In this document: positions 1-7,658 of the stretch, one piece after another
Position numbering within the stretch: the stretch's first letter is position 1
How the letters are laid out: each line of letters opens with the position of its first letter
Source of the DNA: an uncultured Bacteriovoracaceae bacterium
Lineage (GTDB): Bacteria > Desulfobacterota > Desulfomonilia > UBA1062
Length of the DNA stretch: 33,130 nt
Reading direction: 5' to 3'
NCBI GenBank assembly: GCA_964456565.1
Contig: CAYWBU010000003.1
Coordinates: forward strand, 1 to 33,130
Made by a program: the position numbers and the translations under genes
Notes under the pieces: generated by a model
Told to the model about the DNA's origin: nothing
Database searches by the model: none
Seen by the model: the letters and a program-made list of their open reading frames with translations, nothing else

Positions 1-692
1 CGGCAGGATTCTGATCTGCCACAGGGCGCAGGGGGTGATCATTATCAGCGGCGGCAGCGACCATTTCAGACAGTAGAGCGCAAACAGATTTTTAAAGCCT
101 GCTTCCCGGATCTTCGAGGTGGTCAGGAGACCGTTGATTCCGCCGAGGGCCAGGGCGATGAGACCGTAGAATGCAGCTGCGGCGGCGATGGAGATTTCTG
201 GATAGGCAGTCTGCTTGGCTGAAAGGGTGAGGCTGCTCACGATATAGATCAGGATCAGCAGGTAGGCGGAGGCCCCCATGCCTGCCAGCCCGAGTCCGGC
301 CGAATGTCTGTCGGCATTGCGGGCAAAGAGGGTCTTGCGATAGGAAACGCTGCCGACCAGCATTGTGGCAGCCATCAGCCAGGCGCTTGCCAGCAGAAAA
401 CCGTAACGGGCCGCCAGGGTGACGGCGATTTCCGGTGTGCTGACAGCCGTGGCCAGGATGCAGGCCCCTCCGGAAATCGTAAACAGATAGGTTGTCTGTT
501 TTTCGACCAGTTTGAGATGTTGGCGGACAAAGGCGCGGTGCACGGCTGATCGCTTGCGCCGGGCGCTGATCTGGGTTGCCAGCAGGAATATGAGACTGCC
601 TGCGGTGAGGCAGGTTATGAAGATATGGATGCCGAGGGTGATGAAGAGCCAGAAACCGCCGCCGGTCAGTTGGGTTTCCCATACCGGATAGT

Positions 693-696
<4 letters not shown>
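1..696 (-). CDS. Polytopic integral membrane protein of unknown function. These are the N-terminal 232 codons; the 3' end runs off the left edge of the window.
   Basis: I read the frame codon by codon from 696 down to 1 and found no stop. The ATG at 696..694 overlaps the TGA of the upstream gene (ATGA). The translation MNYPVWETQLTGGGFWLFITLGIHIFITCLTAGSLIFLLATQ... contains several hydrophobic helices. The tracked ORF 92..745 is an Arg/Pro-rich shadow frame of this gene. Confidence 0.6.
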
Positions 697-1754
<1,058 letters not shown>

Positions 1755-1958
1755 GATACCTCGCGTTTTTTTGAATAGATATAACTCATATATAATTATA
1801 TGGCCCTTGAATAAAAGCCATTATTGGAATTTTGTCCAGAGTAAATCCGGGTTGGAACAAACCCCTGCGGAAGCGCTTGCCAAACAATGGCTATTGTTGT
1901 ATGGCTATCGCATTAAATACGGAGGGCGGTTTTTCTGTGATCGCCTGTTCCCGGCAAT

Positions 1959-2035
1959 GCGCCCGTAGCTCAGCTGGATAGAGCGTAGGCCTCCGGAGCC
2001 TAAGGCCACAGGTTCGAACCCTGTCGGGCGCACCA
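1959..2035 (+). tRNA. tRNA-Arg, anticodon CCG, with encoded 3' CCA.
   Basis: A 77-nt cloverleaf folds by hand: acceptor GCGCCCG/CGGGCGC, D arm GCTC..GAGC, anticodon stem TAGGC/GCCTA with loop CT-CCG-GA, T arm ACAGG-TTCGAAC-CCTGT, then discriminator A and CCA. Confidence 0.93.
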
Positions 2036-2044
2036 TTTTTGCTT

Positions 2045-3058
2045 ATGATAAACTTACTTGATCTTGACAGAGACGATATCGCAGCTCTCATTGACGATAA
2101 ACCCTATCGGGCGTCCCAGATCTTTGAGTGGGTCTTCGGGAAATATGTCACCGCTATTGATGAGATGACCAACCTGTCCAAGGACCTTCGGCAGCAGTTG
2201 TCGGAAAAGGCCGGAATCTTCTATCCCGAGGTGGTGGGACGCCAGACATCGAGCGACGGGACCGAAAAATTTGCCTATCGCACCCATGACGGCCATGTGA
2301 TCGAGAGCGTCCTGATTCCCGACGGCGACCACTGGACCGTGTGTGTCTCGTCGCAGGTGGGCTGTTCCATGGGCTGCCGCTTCTGCTATACTGCCCGGCT
2401 GGGGTTCAAACGCAACCTCACGGTGGGCGAGATCGTGGCCCAGATTATCTGTCCCCGGCGCACCTTTCCCGAAAGGCATATCCGCAACGTGGTCTTCATG
2501 GGCATGGGCGAGCCGTTGCTGAACTATGACAATGTCATCAAGGCCATCCGGATCATAACCGACAACCGCGGGCCGGATTTTTCCACCCGCCGGATAACGG
2601 TGTCCACCTGCGGGATAGTTCCGGGCATTGAGAAACTCTCTGATGAACTGCCCATCGGTCTGGCGGTATCCCTGAACAGTTCCACGGACGAGCAGCGTTC
2701 ATATCTGATGCCGATCAACAAAAAATATCCGCAGGAGCTGCTGCTGGCGACCCTGAAAAAATATCCGCTGGCCAACCGGCGGCGGATAACCATTGAATAT
2801 GTATTGCTGGGGGGTGTTAATGACAGCGTGGCGGATGCCCGGCGGCTGGTCCGCCTGCTGCACGGCATCAAGGTCAAGGTCAATCTGATCCCGTTCAATC
2901 CCTGGCCCGGCAGCGAACTGCAGGCCCCGACTGCGGATGCGGTCCAGGCCTTTGAAGATGTTTTGAGGGACAGTCCATTGACGGTCATGCTCCGGCGTGA
3001 AAAAGGTAAAGACATACTGGCGGCATGCGGCCAGCTTGCAGGAGGAGTTAATGAGTAA
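2045..3058 (+). CDS. rlmN: 23S rRNA (adenine2503-C2)/tRNA m2A methyltransferase RlmN, a radical SAM enzyme.
   Basis: It has the radical-SAM CxxxCxxC motif in SSQVGCSMGCRFCYT. It also has the typical RlmN N-terminus (INLLDL...YRASQIFEWVF) and C-terminal ACGQL. I prefer the ATG at 2045; the tracked TTG at 2039 is the alternative. Confidence 0.9.
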   Translation: MINLLDLDRDDIAALIDDKPYRASQIFEWVFGKYVTAIDEMTNLSKDLRQQLSEKAGIFYPEVVGRQTSSDGTEKFAYRTHDGHVIESVLIPDGDHWTVCVSSQVGCSMGCRFCYTARLGFKRNLTVGEIVAQIICPRRTFPERHIRNVVFMGMGEPLLNYDNVIKAIRIITDNRGPDFSTRRITVSTCGIVPGIEKLSDELPIGLAVSLNSSTDEQRSYLMPINKKYPQELLLATLKKYPLANRRRITIEYVLLGGVNDSVADARRLVRLLHGIKVKVNLIPFNPWPGSELQAPTADAVQAFEDVLRDSPLTVMLRREKGKDILAACGQLAGGVNE

Positions 3059-4058
3059 TGTGATTGATTTTTTAAAGGACGCAGCAAATTATCCCGAGCA
3101 GACCGGGACGGTGAACCTTGTGCAGACCCATATCTCCTGGGTCTTTATCGGCGATGAATATGTCTACAAGGTCAAGAAACCGGTGGATTTCGGTTTTCTG
3201 AATTTCACCTCGCTTGAAAAGCGCAAGTTCTATATTGAAGAGGAACTGCGGCTCAACTCGCGTTTTTCGCCCGCGGTCTACCTGGAGATTGTGCCCATCA
3301 GTGCCCGGGGCGACAGTTTTGCCATCAATGATGATTCCAATGTGGTGGAATATGCCCTCAAGATGAAACGTATCAGCGAAGACAAGATGCTCTACCGGCT
3401 GCTGGCGGCCGACAAAGTCACCCCGGCTGACATGCAGCGCATCGGAGCCCATCTGGCCGCGGCCTACGGCCGGATCGCAAGCGATGACAAGGCCCGCTCC
3501 TTCGGGACCCTGGATACGGTGGGCACCAATGTGCGCGAAAATTTTGACCAGACCCGCAAATATGTAGGCGGACCCATCAGTGCAGAAAAATTTGCCGCGA
3601 TCGAGAGCTGGAGCCTGGCCTTCATGGAAGAGAACGAAGACCTCTTTGCCCGGCGGATAGCAAACGGCTGCATCAAGGAATGCCACGGCGACCTGCACCT
3701 GCAGCACATCTGCATGGACGGCGCTGAGATCTTTGTCTTTGACTGCATCGAGTTCAATGAGCGTTTCCGCTACGGCGATGTGGCGGCCGATGTGGCCTTT
3801 CTGGCCATGGACCTTGACTACAACGGCCGTTTTGATCTGGCGGAGAGCTTTGTAAAGTCCTATGTGGAAAAATCAGGCGATTCTGATCTGGCCGATATCC
3901 TCACCTTCTACAAGGTCTACCGCGCCTATGTCCGGGCCAAGGTCACCTCTTTCATGCTGGATGATGATGGTATTTCGGCCGAGGTGCGTGAAGGCGCCAC
4001 CCGGAATGCGGCTGAATATTATGACCTGGCCCATGCCTATGTGAGCGGAGCCAAGTAG
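3051..4058 (+). CDS. Aminoglycoside-phosphotransferase-like (protein-kinase-fold) protein, resembling the N-terminal half of COG2187-type 'APH + ATP-binding' proteins.
   Basis: It has the kinase catalytic-loop motif CHGDLHLQHI and the metal-binding segment VFDCIEFNERFRYGDVAADVAFLAMDL. The ATG at 3051 is preceded by GGAGGAG and overlaps the rlmN stop by 8 nt. The tracked GTG at 2997 lies inside rlmN. Confidence 0.65.
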   Translation: MSNVIDFLKDAANYPEQTGTVNLVQTHISWVFIGDEYVYKVKKPVDFGFLNFTSLEKRKFYIEEELRLNSRFSPAVYLEIVPISARGDSFAINDDSNVVEYALKMKRISEDKMLYRLLAADKVTPADMQRIGAHLAAAYGRIASDDKARSFGTLDTVGTNVRENFDQTRKYVGGPISAEKFAAIESWSLAFMEENEDLFARRIANGCIKECHGDLHLQHICMDGAEIFVFDCIEFNERFRYGDVAADVAFLAMDLDYNGRFDLAESFVKSYVEKSGDSDLADILTFYKVYRAYVRAKVTSFMLDDDGISAEVREGATRNAAEYYDLAHAYVSGAK

Positions 4059-4067
4059 GAGGCGGAC

Positions 4068-4952
4068 GTGAAGATCGATCTGCATATCCATTCCAGGGAC
4101 GGTTCGGACGGGAAATGGCCGCTGGGGGATATCTTCGGCGAGGCTGCCCGCCGGGGGATCGATCTGATATCGATCACCGACCATGATTCCATTGAGGCCC
4201 AGGGCGCGGCCGCAAGGCTGGCCCGCGAATATGGCATGGGCTTCATCCACGGCATTGAGCTGAATGTCACCCTGGCCCATCCCGATTACAAGGGCGGCAA
4301 GGGCGTCTCGCTTGATTTTCTGGGCTATGGCTTTGATGTCGATAATGCGGCCCTGCGAGCCAGATTGACCCAGATCCGCGATTTCAGGATTGAGCGGGCC
4401 CGCCGGATTCTTGATAATCTGAATGCCGAGTTTGACAAAGAAGGTCTGGCACCCTTTACCGCAGAAGATCTGGACGCCATCCAGGAGACCGTGGACGGCG
4501 CCTTCGGCCGGCCGCATATCGCCAACTATCTGGTGGAAAGGGGAATCGTCAGAGATCGCCAGGAGGCCTTTGACAAATATCTGGTGAAGTGCAACGTCGC
4601 CAAGCTGCCGCTTTCCCTGGAGGAGGCCGCCGGGCTGATTCATGCGGCGGGCGGGAAGCTTTTTCTGGCTCACCCGGCCGATCCCAACGGCACTTCCCTG
4701 GTGGCCTTCAGTGCTGACCTGGCGGTGCAGCAGCAGATCATTGAAGACCGGATGCTGGGACTGATCGACGGGATCGAATGCTGGCATTCCCGGCTGTCGC
4801 CGGCAGTGACGGAAGCTTATCTGGATTTCAGCCGGCGCCACGGGCTGCTGGTATCGGGCGGGTCCGACTGCCACCAGCAGCCGCCGCTGATGGGCAGTGT
4901 TGCTGTGCCGGATTATGTGGCTGAACAGTTTGCGGCTTATGTGTTAGAATGA
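4068..4952 (+). CDS. PHP-domain metal-dependent phosphoesterase (TrpH/YciV-like).
   Basis: It has the PHP signature N-terminus KIDLHIHSRDGSDG, followed by ISITDHDS and later GGSDCH. The GTG start is preceded by AGGAGG. Confidence 0.75.
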   Translation: MKIDLHIHSRDGSDGKWPLGDIFGEAARRGIDLISITDHDSIEAQGAAARLAREYGMGFIHGIELNVTLAHPDYKGGKGVSLDFLGYGFDVDNAALRARLTQIRDFRIERARRILDNLNAEFDKEGLAPFTAEDLDAIQETVDGAFGRPHIANYLVERGIVRDRQEAFDKYLVKCNVAKLPLSLEEAAGLIHAAGGKLFLAHPADPNGTSLVAFSADLAVQQQIIEDRMLGLIDGIECWHSRLSPAVTEAYLDFSRRHGLLVSGGSDCHQQPPLMGSVAVPDYVAEQFAAYVLE

Positions 4953-4977
4953 TTTAATTATTATTGAGGAGCGAACA

Positions 4978-5580
4978 ATGAGAGAACCCTTTGCCAAGTT
5001 TATCGCCAACGAGATTCCCGCTGATGCGGTTGTGATAACCTGCGGTCTGCCGGCCACCAACAAGACCGAGACCATGGAAGTGCTCAACCGCACCAAGGGC
5101 CACCGGATTCTGCGGACTGACATTATCAGGCTGGAGGTCCTGAAGGGCGAGGATATCTTTGACGAGAAGGTTGCCGCCAGCATGGACAAGCGCAAGATGG
5201 TCTATGACAAGATGTTTGCCATGGCCGATGAGCTGGCGGCTGCCGGTCAGGGCGTTATCCTGGATGCCACCTTTGTGACCCAGGCCCTGCGCAAACGCGC
5301 CGCGGCAGTGGCCGCCAAAAACAAGCGGCCCTTCTATATCCAGCAGACCAGTTGCCCCGAGGAATATTCACTGGACAAGATCTCCAAACGGTCCAAGGAA
5401 AACTATGAATCCAATGCCCTGACGCCGGAGGCCTACTACAATAACAAGAACAAGTTTGAGGCCGTTGATCTTGATGATCTGGAAAAAGATTATCCCGGCC
5501 TGCAGCTCATTCATCTGGTGGTCGATACATCTTCGGACAGTGAGGATGATTGGTATGTTGTTGAAAAAAATACCAAATAA
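4978..5580 (+). CDS. P-loop kinase-like ATP-binding protein (AAA_33 / COG2187 C-terminal-half-like) with an atypical Walker A.
   Basis: The Walker-A-like segment is GLPATNKT. It is followed by HRILRTDIIR and a Walker-B-like GVILDATF. A GAGGAG Shine-Dalgarno precedes the ATG at 4978. Confidence 0.6.
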   Translation: MREPFAKFIANEIPADAVVITCGLPATNKTETMEVLNRTKGHRILRTDIIRLEVLKGEDIFDEKVAASMDKRKMVYDKMFAMADELAAAGQGVILDATFVTQALRKRAAAVAAKNKRPFYIQQTSCPEEYSLDKISKRSKENYESNALTPEAYYNNKNKFEAVDLDDLEKDYPGLQLIHLVVDTSSDSEDDWYVVEKNTK

Positions 5581-5629
5581 TAATAGGAAGCCCTCAAGTT
5601 TCACCGCTGGCCCTGACGATATCCATAAC

Positions 5630-6436
5630 ATGAATTGCATGTCGCGGGTCTTAAAGATATTTGCGGTGCTGTTGGTGGGGATCCTGCTGTCTGGCTGTGC
5701 AACCTCTTTTGCCGAACGGCGCGAGGTTTCGCGGGCCATGGTGCGGCTGGCAGCCAGCAAGATTGATCAGGGCGATACGCAGACTGCCCTGGTGGAGCTT
5801 GCGCGGGCCGCAGAGGAAAATCCCAGGGATCCCGAGATCTATTATTACAAGGCGGCGGCCTACCGTCAGCTTGGTAAAGCTGATAAGGCCCTTGAAAATG
5901 TGGAACGCGCCATCCGCTATGGCAATAAACTTGGCATGGAACATCCGGGGATGCAGAGCGAGGCCTACAATCTCAAGGGCGTGCTCCTGTTTGAGACTGA
6001 GCAATATGATGATGCTATCGAGGCCTTTGGAAATGCCCTCAAAGATGATCTCTACGCCACACCGGAAGATTCACTGCACAATATGGCCGGGGTCTACATT
6101 GCCCAAAAAAATTATGACAAGGCCCTTGAACTGCTCGAGGATGCCCTGCGCCGTAACAGCTACTATGCTCTGGCCTGGAAGACACGGGCCGATATCCTGG
6201 TTTACATGGGTCGTTATGATGACGCCGAAAGGTCGCTCAATCAGGCAATTCTTATTGAGGGTGAATATCTGGATGCCCACCTGGCGCTGGCCAGGCTTAG
6301 CAAGAAACTGGGCAATACGGCAGGGGCGAGGCAGGAACTGCTGGAGATCATCAGGATCGACAGTGACGGCGCTGCCGGTTTCAGACCGGTGGCCGAGGCC
6401 CTGCTCAACAGTCTGGATGAGGACGCAGAGGACTGA
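5630..6436 (+). CDS. Tetratricopeptide-repeat outer-membrane lipoprotein, PilW/PilF-like.
   Basis: The signal peptide carries a lipobox (MNCMSRVLKIFAVLLVGILLSG|C). Repeated TPR-like A..Y...G....A helices follow. TPR lipoproteins of the pilF/pilW type sit beside rlmN in other proteobacteria (recalled from memory). The ATG could be 5630 or 5639, and no clear Shine-Dalgarno is present. Confidence 0.6.
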   Translation: MNCMSRVLKIFAVLLVGILLSGCATSFAERREVSRAMVRLAASKIDQGDTQTALVELARAAEENPRDPEIYYYKAAAYRQLGKADKALENVERAIRYGNKLGMEHPGMQSEAYNLKGVLLFETEQYDDAIEAFGNALKDDLYATPEDSLHNMAGVYIAQKNYDKALELLEDALRRNSYYALAWKTRADILVYMGRYDDAERSLNQAILIEGEYLDAHLALARLSKKLGNTAGARQELLEIIRIDSDGAAGFRPVAEALLNSLDEDAED

Positions 6437-6439
6437 TCT

Positions 6440-7552
6440 ATGAGCAAGTCACCGGTTGTCTGGCTGTCCGAAGATGTTGCGGGTGATCTGGGCATCGGAC
6501 GGCATGATTTTCCGGGCAATATCATGGAGCTCAACAAACTGGTCTATGAGCTGCTCAAACACGGCCAGCCCAGAGATGTTGTGGTCCTGCCTTTTTTCCG
6601 TAAATTTACCGAAGTGGTTCAGCATATCCGGGAACGGGGAATCACCGGTCCCATAATTATCTACAGCACCGGCGAGGCCATGATTATGAACCTGCTGGAT
6701 CTGGCCAGTCAGGGTGTGGTCTTCATGGACTCCAGCCGGTTTTCCAAACCCATGGTAATCGGGTTCATCTCTTTTCTGCGCAAGAGCCAGGAGATGGTTT
6801 CCATGCCGGAAAAGGTTGAATCGCAGACCCGCGTGAAGGCCCCGCCGCCTCAGAACGAACGCGAGGTCAAGGATCTTTTCCGCAGCATAATGAGCCGTCG
6901 CTCCAGGATCGTGCTCACCTGCCAATTCCGCAGCAATCTGCCGACGTTGACTGTGACCTGCGAGGTGATCCAGATGGTGGGCGAGGTGGAGACCAAACTG
7001 GTGCTCGATAAATTTGATCCGCCGGAATTTGTCGGCCTTTACCGCAATATGGCCAACAACAAGCCGCTTTCCGGCTTTATCACGCTGGTCAACGCCGATG
7101 ATGAAGATGAGGCCCTGGGATTCACCTTGGACGTGCTGAATGCAGTCAGGGGCCGGATGACAGCCCTGCTGCCCGGCAGGGTCTATGAGCAGAAACGCAA
7201 ACATTTCCGGGTTGAACCGGACAAAAATGCCCCGGTCACCCTGCATATCCTGCCGGATGCCGGCCCGACCATCAGCTTTGATGTCAGTGATATCAGTGAG
7301 GGCGGTATGGGGTTCGAAATTCCCTACAGCGGTCTGGAAAAGGGCGGCGAGTATATTGTCGGGCTCAACCTTTCAGTTACCCAGATGATTCTGGGCAAGG
7401 CCGTAGTGGTCTTCAAAGGCCAGCGATCAGGCGAGGTGTACACCTACGGTCTGAGCGTAAATTTTAATCCTACCGATATGCAGCATCTGCGGCATTATGT
7501 CTACAAGCGCCAGGCCGGGATCATGGCCGCCATCAGAGAGCTTGAACTTTAA
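6440..7552 (+). CDS. PilZ-domain (c-di-GMP receptor) protein with a YcgR-like architecture and an N-terminal degenerate receiver-like region.
   Basis: The PilZ motifs are RKHFR (RxxxR) and DISEGG (DxSxxG), encoded at 7196..7306. An AGAGGA Shine-Dalgarno precedes the ATG at 6440. Confidence 0.75.
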   Translation: MSKSPVVWLSEDVAGDLGIGRHDFPGNIMELNKLVYELLKHGQPRDVVVLPFFRKFTEVVQHIRERGITGPIIIYSTGEAMIMNLLDLASQGVVFMDSSRFSKPMVIGFISFLRKSQEMVSMPEKVESQTRVKAPPPQNEREVKDLFRSIMSRRSRIVLTCQFRSNLPTLTVTCEVIQMVGEVETKLVLDKFDPPEFVGLYRNMANNKPLSGFITLVNADDEDEALGFTLDVLNAVRGRMTALLPGRVYEQKRKHFRVEPDKNAPVTLHILPDAGPTISFDVSDISEGGMGFEIPYSGLEKGGEYIVGLNLSVTQMILGKAVVVFKGQRSGEVYTYGLSVNFNPTDMQHLRHYVYKRQAGIMAAIRELEL

Positions 7553-7658
7553 CTGCGATCCGGATTGCCTGGATTGCGGCCGGGGTCATGCCCTCGATGT
7601 TGATGGCCTGTCCCAGGTTGGCGGGGCGCACCTCTTCCAGACGCGTCTTGAGTTCGTT
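7533..7658 (-). other. mnmG: In-frame continuation of mnmG beyond the TAA at 7659..7661: 41 codons plus a TGA that encode the conserved MnmG C-terminus.
   Basis: My hand translation is NELKTRLEEVRPANLGQAINIEGMTPAAIQAIRIAVKVQAL*. It matches the MnmG C-terminal signature (..GLSxE..KL....P..iGQA..I.G.TPAAI..) as I recall it. Confidence 0.7.

Noticed and set aside
1755-2100. A genomic island or integrase target at the tRNA-Arg gene.
   Set aside because: There is no integrase, no direct repeat of the tRNA 3' end and no compositional break. The flanking genes are housekeeping genes.
2997-3050. Long N-terminal extensions implied by the tracked starts at 2997, 5456, 14655, 22031, 30485, 31475 and 11772.
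   Set aside because: These use TTG, GTG or distant start codons that lie inside upstream genes or the riboswitch, and they lack a Shine-Dalgarno. Internal ATGs with good Shine-Dalgarno sequences, or with a signal peptide, fit the conserved N-termini better.
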